This document shows, in pieces, positions 10,460 through 21,475 of a DNA stretch of 61,657 nt. Positions within the stretch are counted from its first letter, which is position 1; every line of letters starts with the position of its first letter. The notes under the pieces were generated by a model. The model had not been told where the DNA came from. It was given only the letters and a program-made list of their open reading frames with translations, and made no database searches. A program made the translations under genes and the position numbers. The stretch is taken from assembly GCA_036172245.1 (NCBI GenBank), contig JAYWIR010000096.1:186001-247657 (forward strand). Reading direction: 5' to 3'. This DNA comes from Raillietiella orientalis. Lineage: Eukaryota.

Positions 10460-11192
10460 GCAAGAGATCGAACGGATCACGGGTGGGCGGCTGTTGTGGC
10501 GTTGCGGCACCGCGAAATCAAGCGGTGTCTTCTTCCTTCTTCGGCCAGCAATCGAGACCGCAATAAAGGACGTTCGGTACGATGACGCTGGTCGCGTCGG
10601 TCAGCTGACTCTCAGCTGGTCCGACTCTATCGTCCTGGTCGTCAGTAACCTATACGCTCCTAGCGGAAACGCTGCGTTGAGGGCGAAGGCAAGAAGGGAG
10701 TTCTACCTTGCCGTGAGACGCGATTGGCTGACCGATGCAGGAGTTCGCAAAGTGCACCTGATCGCAGGTGATTACAACCTGCGCCTGCTTTCAGGTGCGC
10801 CGGATACACTGAACGACCGCGTCAACGAGTTTTGCGCAGAAATAAACACGCTCAACTTGTTGGCCGGGGACACGGCCATTGAAAGCAGCATCGATCACGT
10901 GTACCTTGATCAGCACCTATGCTCTCGGGTGGGCAAGCGCGGCAAGGTGCCATCCGAGCTGTCGGACCATGGTCGGATCATGTTCGAAGTCCGTCCGCGC
11001 GACAAGGGCCCCCCTCGCCAGCGTGGCGTCTGCCAGGGGACTGGCTGAAGTTTCCCGCCGCGGCGGAGCACCTCCGCGCGTATATTCGGAGCTTCAGGAT
11101 GCAGACACTTCCGGACTGGGACCGCTGCAAGTGGTCGGTTTAGGAGTTCTGCGACCGGTTCCCTTTGCATCGCCTACCTACGGGATTTGGGG
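10460..11192 (+). mobile_element. Host LINE H: APE endonuclease fragment between BC1 and G1
   Basis: AQEIERITGGRLLWRCG, NLYAPSG, IAGDYN, SIDHVYL, SDH, ending PLHRLPTGFG. Confidence 0.88.
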
Positions 11193-11408
11193 TTTCCACC
11201 CGGGTTCGCTCGGGGCGTCTATTGTATGAAACTCTACAAGAAAACGTGGTACAAGGCCCCACTAACGGCCACACAACACCGGATTTGCCGGGACGCCGGG
11301 ACGCAGCCCGGCGTGACGCTCCTCGGCAGTGGAGGGGGATAGGGATCAAAACAAAAAGAAAAATAAAGATAAGGAAAACAAAAAAGAGTTTGGAGGGAGG
11401 GGAAGGGA

Positions 11409-14400
11409 TCACGTTCCACTTAGAGGAGGGTCCATCCTTCGTAGGATGCCCTCTAGGTCCATCTTCATCTTTACCAGATGGGGCCGTCTCGCTGCTCTCC
11501 GCATGAAGCAGACCGCATACGGGATTACATCCCTCACGTTGGCATCCACTCCTTCGTCGCGAATGTCGCTCCATGCCGCCACGATGCCCCGGATGCAGCA
11601 GAGGGCTGCGATGGCTGCGGCGGGCTGCAGGGCGTCCCGCACGAAGAGGGGCCGAAGAACGTCTCTGGGCGCGCTGCCCGCTGGGAGCCCGAAGGTCGTC
11701 CGGAACCGTTCCCACAGGGGTCGGAGGGCAGCACAGTCAACTAGTAGGTGGGAGAGCGATTCCCCCTCCCCACACCTGGCACACTCAGGCCTTACACTCC
11801 CCCGCGTCCATTGGAAGCGGCGCGCGTTGCAGGGTAGACCCCAGTGCAACAGTAGCAGCGCCGACTCTTGCCACTTAAAAGGGAGAAGCCTGGATCCGAT
11901 TAATATTGGGGGCCACTTCAGGTCATCCGTCGGGATGCCGAGCAGCTCGCCCCATCGACGAAGTCCACGAGGGAGGGCACTCGGGGTTGTGACATCTGCC
12001 AGTTCTCCCATGGTCCAACCGCTCATCTTCTTCTCCTTGCCTGCGATTCGGCAGGAGACTTGCCACTTTGGCTTGCAACCGCTGGTTAAAGCCCTCCGGA
12101 AGAAGGGCAGATTTGAAGCTAGAGGGATGGTCTCCGCCCACGTGCTCCTGGCGAGACACTCCAAAGTTGTCCGCAGTGTGCAGCGGGCGTTGGGGCCGAA
12201 TCGCAGGCGGTTCTATTCCGGGGAGGTCTGGAAGTTCAGCTTGGCCCACGTCGCAACTGATTCCTTTAGCCAGGCGGAGGAGTTGGCGAAGCTGCATACC
12301 GTCCAGCCGCTGGCTTTGACCAGGGTTTCCATGCGCCCAAGAAGAAGGCCGCATCTTCTCACCTTCCTGCCGGAGCACAGAAGGTACGACGCGAGTCCTT
12401 GCGTCCTGGACACACGGCTCGCAAGGATTCGGGCCGGAACGCACCAAGGGGTGCTCCATGACTTTGCTGCGATGGCGAGGGTGCGCCATCGCAGCTCTAT
12501 TTCCAGGCGCTCCAGCGTCAGGAGACCGAGACCGCCGTCCCGACGAGGAGCGCATAAATCATCCAGAGGCACACGTGGCCTCCCGCTGCCCCAGAGGGCG
12601 ATGCGGAGTAGGTCCTTTGTCCTCTTTTTAATGTTACGGGGGACGGGGCACACAAAAAGCAGGGGGCGGAGGATGCGAGCCGCGAACGCGTTCCACACCG
12701 TGGCCCGTTCCAGCAGAAGGAACTTGCCTTCCAGGAACGGGCCGATTGCCAACTCTACCTTTTGGAGACGACCTGATCAGGCTTCTGCGAGGCAGAATTC
12801 CCCCAAAGGAGCACCCAGGTACATTAGGCACCTGGCCGCTGAAATCCCCAAGCGGAACCATTAAGGCCGTCCGACTCACGTCGCACCAACCGGAACCACA
12901 GACGACTTCGCCTTGTTTACCTGCAATCCTGTCCCACGGCTGAGCAGATCGAAGAAATCCTCCGCTGCGGCTGCCTGGGAGGACATAAGCAACATCAGCA
13001 GAAGATCGTCGGCGTATGCTGCAACGGCGGGCGTGCCGGGGCACGAGCTGGGCAGGGCAGCCAAAGTCACCCTGTACGCTCTCAGCACCAGCACAAAGTA
13101 GGTGCTGAAGAGCAGGGGAATGAGGCTATCGCCCTGCCGTATGCCCCGCCGCACCGTCACGCCGTACACCTGTTGGCTGGAAAAAACGATGTTTTCAATG
13201 GCATTGCGCCAGCATGAGCGCAGGTAGGAGAGAAGGGAGGGTGGGAAGCCCATGCGACCCAGGAGCTCCAAAAGTAGCTCCTGGTCTACGCAGTCGAACG
13301 CCTTGTGGAGATCGACCGCGATCGCTAGGGCTCTCTTCCCAGCCCGGGTATCCATTTCCAGCCCAGCTGGCGGTCCCAAAGTGGGGTTGCCAATCTTTCC
13401 CCCTGTGTCGTTCAGGCAGCGCTGCACATGGAACCATGTACTTGCGAAGAAGAGGTTGGCATCCATACTTCGCCCGGAAACAGCGTACGTCTGCTCCGGG
13501 CTAATTATTGAGTCTGCCACCTGTCCTAGACGCGAAGCTCACAGTCCAGCGACCAGCTTGGCGTCCGTATTCACAATTGTAATCGGACGCCAGTTGCCTA
13601 GGGATCTCAGATCTCCTCCCTTCGGGAGGAGCCTCACACGGGCTGACCGAAACCAGGCGGGAACTTCGCCTTCGTCTCGGATCAGCCCGGTCAACTGGAG
13701 CACCAGGGGGGCCAGCTCTGTCGCGAAGCATCCAAAAAATTCTGCAGGCAGGCCATCCTTCCCTACCGCCTGACGCCTCTTAATTCTTTTAATACCGGCG
13801 AGAATTTCACCGGTAGAAAAAGGCTCGTCGAGGCTGATCCTCTCCTCCTCCCCTATTGCCTGGCCTCCGTCCGGAAGCAGGAGCCGCGAGGCGTCCTGCT
13901 CTGGGGGTGCTTTAGTGTCGAGGGAGGAATAATACTGCCGCACGATGTGCCTGATCGCGGGCTGGGCCGATCGCTCCCGGCTCTGGTCGTCCAGCAAGCT
14001 GGCCGAACCGGATTGGCGCTCGGCCCTGGCCCGATATTCGGCCAGGCGACGGACACTGGGTGTCCTCTCGTACCGGCGGGCGTGTAAATAGGCCCTATGG
14101 TTCCGAGCCCCCTCCCCAAATCCAAGGGGCAGGCGGTGCAGGGAAAACTCCTCGCAGAACTCGCGGACCGAGGCCTTGAAGAGGTCCCAATCTTTGAGAC
14201 TGCGGAGGGTGACGCCTCTCAGGAATTCGCGAAGGTGTTCCTTCGCACCTGAGAGCCGCGTCCAGTCCCCAGGCAACCGCCACGCCCTGGCCGGGGTCCT
14301 TTATCGCGCGGGTATACCTCGGCGATTAACCTGGAATGTTCCGACAGCGTCGACGCAACTTTTCCCCGTTTGCCGACCCGCAAGCACAGGTCGACATCCA

Positions 14401-14995
14401 GGAAGAAGTGGTCGATGCTGCGGTCCATTCCCTCCGCGTCCGCCAACAAGTTGGGCGTGCGCATGGCAGCGCACAACTCGTTGGCTGTGCGTTCTTGTGC
14501 TTCGGGATAACCTGACAGCAGACGGAGATTGAAGTCTCCAGCTATCAGGTGTGCCTTCCGCACATTCATGTCGGCCAGCCAATCGCGCTTCAGGGTTTCC
14601 AGCAGCCTGGTACGGTCGCGGTACCACTGTTTGCCGCTGGGGCGATACACGTTTGTGACGATTAGTTCGATCGAGCCGGACCAGCTGAGAATCAGCTGAC
14701 CGATCCGACCGTCGTCATCAAACCGCACGCCCTTTACGGCAGCGTCGATGGCCGGCTTCACGAAGAACGCGACCCCGCAGGTGTTGCGGAGGCCGCACCG
14801 CCAATACAACCGACCCTCCGCGATCGTCTCGATCTCCTGGGCGTCTGCCGCGGTGATCACGTGGATCTCCTGCAGCAGGGCCAGGTCGAGCTCACGCAGG
14901 GTGTCGGCCGTATCTCGCCTGTTACCGTCGTCGCGCAGCCCGTCGACGTTCCAACAGGCGGCGCGAATCCGACGGCGACTGGCGAGCCAAGGTGT
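11409..14995 (-). pseudogene. G1 ORF2 (APE-RT-CCHC), several frameshifts and stops
   Basis: Collinear ORFs 14219-14860 (AGDFN, SIDH), 13539-14276 (WRPITIVN), 12876-13520 (DLHKAFD, QGD, YADD), 12213-12752 and 11409-12164 (CARC..H..C). Confidence 0.92.
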
Positions 14996-16741
14996 TATTC
15001 CTGGGAAGATGGCGATGCGGCGTCCGCCACCTGTTGGGGCGGGACGCTAGGTGGAGGAGGAGGGTCAGGCGCTGCGGGCACCTGGTCCCCCTCCTCCATG
15101 GGTAACGGCGCGTCGAGCGGGTCACCCTTAGGTGGGGTCGCGCCTTCCTGTTGGCCCTCCTCCATGGGGGCGGGCTGTTCAGGCTCGGCGACTGCAGGGA
15201 GGAATTCGTCCCCCTGCTCACCCTCCTCCATGGGGGTGGCCGGCTCGACGGCTTCCGAGCGTGGGAGTTCCCCCTCCGGGATTCCTACGCTACCGCTACC
15301 TTCCTGCTTCTCCTCTTCGCTGGTGGAGGGGAGGCGCCTCCTGGGTTTCTGGGACTTGCGTCCCGACTTCCTGGAGGGTGCTTCCGAGGAGGAGGATGCA
15401 CTTCCGGCCCCCAGGTCCGACTCACCTGTGGGGGCCGTTTTCGCGGGAGCCGGCCTTCGCACGGCCTTGCGTGAGGGGTTCTCACGCTCCGCCAGCGTGG
15501 CCGCGAGCTCCTCCGCCGCGTTTGTGAACGCGGCGTCCTCGGTGTCGACCGGCGCGTCGCGCGGCTCACCCTCTGTTTGCACAGAGTGTTCGCCGTCGCG
15601 AACTTCGGGCGCGACGGAAACGGCGAGGGGAGGCTCGTCGCCCCGGGTGGCCTCTTCCGGAACGATGGTACGTTCCAGTGCCACCGTGCACTCGCGTAAG
15701 GTTTTCGAACGCTGCCCGGGTTTTTTTGCCTTGCCGGCCGGCTTCTCTTTCTTCTCCTTTAAAGGAGATTTTTTCTCTTTTCTGCCTGCTACAAGTTGCC
15801 AGCCATCTTCACCTTCCGCCTCTTGGGAAGGTTTACCCTCCGTCTTTTCTTTTGGAGGTTGAGGATCTGGCAGTTTCAGCCGGCCAGCGTCCGCCTTAGG
15901 TCTTGCGACCTTTAGTGCGCGTTTCCCCTGCGCCTTTTCGCGGCAGGAGGAACCGGGGTGGGGCGTTTTGGGCACACACGTCGGACGTGGCCCTTCTCCC
16001 CGCACATGTGGCATTGGATGTTAGGACACCTCTTGCGAAGGTGTCCTACGGTATCGCAGTAGCCGCAATACCGGGGCTTTCCCACGTACCAGAGGTCCAC
16101 GCTCTCTTGCGCGACCTCCAGCTTGTGGGGAAGCCCACAATCCTTACTCACGGTTACCCGCGCTTCAGCCTGACCTCCGAAATGGCTATTGAAGCCTTCA
16201 AAGATTGTTGGCTTAGGCCACAGCGCGTGCACCTCGCCGAACTTCCGAAGTTCTTGTGCTACCGCAGAGCGAGTCATACGGCTCGTTATTCCAGTGAGAT
16301 GGACCACCACGGAGCGGTCCATCGTCACCGGCAAGATCTTGCGGCCGTCGAAGTTCAACGGGATGGTGATCAGAGTCTGAACCAAGGTGATCTCCTTGCA
16401 CACCACCTCGACTCGCTGACCTCCGCTGAGAACGTACAAACCGTCAAGACCTTGTTCTCTAGCTCCGGCATTTTGCAGAGCTTTCGAAAACGCGCGTGCC
16501 GTTTTCCGTCAAATAAGGGGCCTACCTGGTACACCAAGCTGGACTTGTACCCAGCTGCCCGGTAGGCCGCCATCTCGGCCACGGTTTCCGCGCTCGCCGC
16601 GGCCACCATGGCCCTCCAGCTCCTCGCCTTGGACGGCGAGGGCGATTCCGGGGCGGACGCCCCTGATTCGGTAGGCTGTGGGGGTGGGCAAGCCTCCCCC
16701 ACACCTACCTCCATCGTGGTGTCCTCAGGCATCGCTTCCAT
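14995..16741 (-). pseudogene. G1 ORF1 zinc-knuckle protein, frameshifted
   Basis: ORF pieces 16370-16774, 15912-16439 and 14995-16014; ends SSQE-stop. Confidence 0.88.
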
Positions 16742-16833
16742 CGGACACCAACGATGTTCCACACCAAACAACAATAGAAAAAACCTCTTCCTGTCGACTC
16801 ACTCGGGAGCGAAGGAAAAACACGTCCACTCGC

Positions 16834-17673
16834 CAAGGGCTTCGGTGAGGGTGTCAGGAAAGAGCGGGCGTACCTCTAGGCGCGCCTTTATTCACGGCGT
16901 CCCGACGTCCGTCGCCTGGCTGAATTCAAGGCTGAGGCGGAGAGGCACGCCTGGCAGTCAGGCTCGGCCAGCCTGCTGGATCATCAGGGCCAAGAACGCT
17001 CCAGCCTAGCCCAGGTAAACCGCATCGTGCGGGAGTTTTATTCCTCCTTGTACGTGCCACTAACACCTGAGCGCCATTTCGCGCAACGCCTGCTGCCGGA
17101 TGGTGCTCCCGCGCTCAAGGAGGAGGACCGTTCCAGATTGGCGGAACCGTTCACGATGGCGGAGATCATCTCCGCCATCAACAGGCTCAAGAAAAAGAAG
17201 GCACCAGGGGAGGACGGCCTGCCCCCGGAGTTTTACCATCGCTTCGCGCCAGAGCTGGCCCCCCTGGTGCTCAGGTTAAGTGCGCTAATTCGCAAACACG
17301 GCGAAGTTCCCGCCTCGTTCCGGTCAGCTAAAGTACGTCTCCTGCCGAAGTCAGGAGACTTACGCAACATTGGCAACTGGCGTCCCATCACAGTAGTGAA
17401 TGCGGACGCAAAGTTGTATGCCAAGTTCTGATCTGAGCGTTTGGGGCGGGTGGCCGCTTCCGTGGTGAGTCCCGAGCAGACCTATGCTGTTCCCGGACGA
17501 ACCATGGAGGCCAACCTGCTCCTCGCCAGCTCATGGTGGCAGTTGCGACAACGCGTTGCACAGGACGGTCAAGGGAGCCTCGCGCCCCCCTCTGACCAAG
17601 AAGATCGGGCAGAGGGTGAGATGGACTCGGCGGGAGCCTTTGCCGTCGCGGTCGATTTGCACAAAGCATTCGA
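16834..17673 (+). mobile_element. Host LINE E, part 1: ORF2 linker to RT motif AVDLHKAFD
   Basis: GFGEGVRKERAYL, KAPGEDGLPPEFY, WRPITVVNADAK, AVAVDLHKAFD, then an abrupt switch to the D1 3' end. Confidence 0.9.
17659..17673 (+). repeat. 15-bp target site duplication of D1, left copy (GCACAAAGCATTCGA)
   Basis: Identical 15-mer at 23245-23259 on the other side of D1. Confidence 0.95.
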
Positions 17674-17704
17674 TTTTCACCCGGATTTCGCCGGGGCGTT
17701 TATT
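17674..17704 (-). terminator. Conserved 3'-terminal AATAAA plus CCCGG/CCGGG hairpin (representative of 11 occurrences)
   Basis: Also at 86-111(-), 11193-11223(-), 25335-25364(+), 25779-25807(+), 28345-28375(-), 43539-43568(+), 45675-45700(+), 46383-46412(-), 57891-57919(-) and 60536-60554(+, truncated). Confidence 0.8.
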
Positions 17705-17893
17705 GTAAAATAAACTTTTACAAAGACGTGCAATGCCTGGACCATTGCTCCAGCCACGCACGAAGAAACACAGAGCCTGCCATGTCACCGTTTCGCAGAC
17801 CGGTACGGTCCACCACGGCAGCAGGGTGAAGGAAGAAAAACAAAAAAAACAAAACAAAAAAGAAAAGAAAAGTTGGGAGGGTAAGGGAAGGGA

Positions 17894-20800
17894 TCACAGT
17901 TGCTGGTGGGGCCGTTGCATCCCTTGCAGGATGCCGGCAAGCTCCTTCTGTATTCCTGGATCCAGGTGGGGCCATAAAGACGCCCTCCTCAGAAACTTGG
18001 AGGCTCGCTGGATGGCACCCTGGTCGCGTTGTCCTCCCGTAGCTTTGCTCCAAGCGGTGACGATCCCGCGTAGGCAGCACAAAGCTGCTAACGAGGCCGC
18101 TGGCCGAAGGGCGTCGGCAACGAAGAGGGCTTTCAGTGCGTCCCTGGGGTTGCCGCAGGGGATTCCGATGGCCGCGGCAAAGCGAAACCAAAGGGGCCGA
18201 AGGGCAACACAATCCACTAGCAGGTGGGGGAGGGACTCCCGTTCCGCACACCTGACGCAATTGGGGTCCACCGCTCTCCACGTCCAGTGGTGTCGGCAGG
18301 CGTTGCAGGGGAGTCCCCAGTGCTGCAACAGGAGAGCCGACTCCTGCCATTTCAAGGGGAGGGCGGAAGTGTTCATGAGAACCGGGGACCACTTCAGATG
18401 TTCAATGGGAACATCGAGCAGCGCGCCCCAGCGCAGAAGTCCATTGGGAGGCGTACTCGGGGTCGCAGCATCTGTAAACTGTCCCGTCTTCCACTCTCCT
18501 ATCTTCTTCTCCTTTCCGGAGATTGTTACTGTAACCACCCACTTCGCCGCAACATCGCTGTCCAGATGTTTTATCAGGGAGGGCAGCGCAGCAGCAAAGG
18601 GGGTTCTTCCTGCCCACGCTCTCTTCTTTGGATCCTCCAGGATCTCGCGGAGCGTGCAACTTCTGTAACCCCCAAACAGGAACCTTCGTTCCTGTTGGGA
18701 GCGTTGCATGCTGAACTGTAACCACGTTCGAACGGTTTCCTGCAACCAGGCACTACCGTTAAACGGGCGACAGGTGAGCACTCCTAGGATTTTCCGATAC
18801 AGCGCAGCCACCCTCCGTAGCTGGAGTCCGCATCGGTTGACGCGGCGACGGAGTGCAAGAAACGACGTCAGTCCCGACTTGCCGGTGGCTTGCTGGAGAA
18901 GGAGACGTGCAGGGACGCACCAACAGGTGCACCACAACTCTGGAACGAGTGCCGACAAGCGGAACTGGAGCTGAAGCTCCAGCCGCTCCAGCGGCAGGAG
19001 GCCCAGACCACCATCCCGACGAGGAGGGCACAAGTCCTTTAAGCGGACTCGGGCCCTCCCGTTGCCCCAAAGGGCGATACGGAGGAGGTCCTTTGTCCGC
19101 TTTTTAATTCTCTCTGTGGAGGGGCAAACAAAAAGCAGGCGGCGGAGGAGAGGAGCCGCGAACGTGTTCCAAACCGCGGCCCGTTCAGGCAGGAAAAACC
19201 TGCCGCCTCGGAATGGACCGATCGCCGTCTCTACTTTTTGAAGGCTGCCGGACCACGCTTCCGCAGGGAAGTAGTCCCTCAACGGCACACCAAGGTACTT
19301 GAAGTACCTCACCGTGGGGATCCCCAAACGGACCCAGTCCTGCTGCCCTGCCCACGCCGCACCAACTGGAACCACGGATGACTTCGCCCTGTTCACCGTA
19401 AGTCCGGTTCCCCGATGCAGCAGGTCGAAGAACTTCTCTACCGCCGCAGCCGGGGTGGACATAGGGAGCAGCAGCAGAAGGTCGTCCGCGTATGCCGAAA
19501 CGGCCGGCGTACCAGCACAGTCGTGCGGCAGGTGCGCCAGAGTTCCCCTGTACGCTCTCAGTACCAACTCAAAGTAGGTACTGAAGAGCAAGGGGCTCAG
19601 GCTGTCTCCCTGCCGGTTCCCACGCCGCACCGGCACGCCGTGCACCGTCTGCCCGCTGAAAGTAACATTGATGAGCAAGTGGCGCGAGCAGGAGCGCAGA
19701 TAGGCCACTAATAAGGCCGGGAAGCCCAAGCGTTCTAGAAGCTCCAGAAGCAGATTCTGGTCGACGCAATCGAATGCTTTCTGCAAGTCCATTGCGACCG
19801 CAAGGGTTCCCTCCACCACCCGACCATTTAACCTTTTGCCGGCGCACGCACCGGAATTCCGGCAGCGCACCAAGCTCCTTTCATGTTGGAGCTCTAGCCA
19901 GGTGGAAGCCTGAAACAGGTTCGCCTCCATGCTTCGCCCGGGAACAGCATATGTCTGTTGCGGGCTGATGAAGATGTTGGCAACCCGTCCCAGACGCTCT
20001 GCCCAAACCTTGACCACCAACTTGGCGTCCGCATTCACTATTGTGATGGGACGCCAGTTGTTCATACTCCTCAGATCTCCTCCCTTAGGGAGAAGCCGCA
20101 CCTTTGCCGAACGAAACGAGGCGGGAACGTCACCTGTTTCGCGTATCAGCAAGGTGAGTTGCTGTACCAGGGGGGTAAGCTCAGCCGCGAAAGTTTGATA
20201 AAACTCCGCGGGCAAGCCGTCCTCCCCTGGAGCCTTTCGCCTCTTGAGCTTTCCGATGGCCAAGAGGATCTCGTCCATCGTGAAAGGCTCGTCGAGGGTC
20301 TATCTCTGCTCCTCCCCGATCGCTGGAGTGCCTTCCGGAAGCAGGAGTCGTGAGACGTTCCTCTCCGTAGGTGCCCTGGCATACAGGGAGGAGTAGTAAC
20401 TCCGCATCAGGCCGCGGATTTGGGAAGGTGCCGATTGCTCCTGGCCCTGATCGTCCAGTAAGCTGGCCGATCCGGACTGCCAGGCTTGCCTCTCGGCTCC
20501 CGCTTTGTATTCCGCCAGCCTGCGGATGTCGGCGGTGCTGGCGTAACGACGGGCCTGCAGGTAGGCTCGTTCGTTACGGACCCCGGTCCCAAAACCCGTA
20601 GGTAGGCGGTGCAGAGGAAACTGGTCGCAGAACTCCTGGACCGACCGCTTGAAGCGGTCCCAATCCTGGAGTGTCCGCAGACTGAAGCTCCGTATGAACG
20701 TACGGAGATGTTCCGCCGCGTCCGGGAGCTTCAGCCAGTCCCCTGGGAGACGCCACGCTGACGAGGGAGGGCCCATGTCGCGCGGATGGATCTCGAGGAC

Positions 20801-21475
20801 TAGCGGGCGATGGTCGGACAGCTCGCACGGTAACTTGCCGCGCCTGCCCACGCGAGGGCACAGGTGCTCGTCAAGAAACACGTGGTCAATGCTGTCTTCC
20901 ATCCCCGGTGCACTGGCCAACAGATTACAGGTGTGCACCGCCATGAACACTTCGTTGACCAGGTCACGCTCGGGATTCTGCTCATCTGGTTTCAGGCGAA
21001 AGTTGAAATCGCCTGCAACCAGATGGGCATTCCGCACGCCTGCTTCGGTCAGCCAGTCTCGCCGGAGGGCAAGGAAAAACTCTTTCCTCTCCCTCCTGTT
21101 CATCAGGTGCTTGCCGCTCGGTGCGTACACGTTCGTGACGATCAGATCGATCGAGTCGGACCACCTGAGAGTCAGCTGGCCGACACGACCGTGATCGTCG
21201 AACCGCACGCCCCGAGCCGCGGCCTCGACGGCTGGCCGAAGCAGGTAGGCGACACCGCAACTTTTCGCTCTCCCACACCTGTACCATAGCTGCTCTCCGG
21301 AGATCCATTCGATCTCTTGCGGTTGTTCTGCAGAGATCACGTGGATCTCCTGCAGCAGCGCAAGGTCGTAGGACTCCAGAAGGGCGGCCATGTCTCGTCT
21401 CCTGCCGGCGTCTGTCATGCCGTTCACGTTCCAAACGGCGATGCGCAGACGACGGCGGGAGGAGATTCCCGGCAT
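17894..21475 (-). pseudogene. D1 ORF2 APE-RT-CCHC (~1190 codons); one in-frame TAG at 20300-20302
   Basis: WNVNG, LLQEIH, NVYAP, AGDFN, SIDH, SDH; DLQKAFD, QGDSLSP, AYADDLL, KYLGV; CVRCAERESLPHLLVDC. Confidence 0.95.

Larger units (their letters stand above)
11193..16833 (-). mobile_element. LINE G1, full length (~5.6 kb), degenerate
   Basis: 5' GGACGTGTTT motif at ~16818-16827; ORF1 knuckles CGYCDTVGHLRKRC and CHMCGEKGHVRRVC; ORF2 APE-RT-CCHC; 3' hairpin at 11193-11223. Confidence 0.92.

Noticed and set aside
11329..12864. 511-aa plus-strand ORF and other long antisense ORFs (14861-15862, 17733-18668, 57102-57923)
   Set aside because: They are shadows of GC-rich LINE ORFs on the opposite strand, with no motifs and no consistent conservation between copies.
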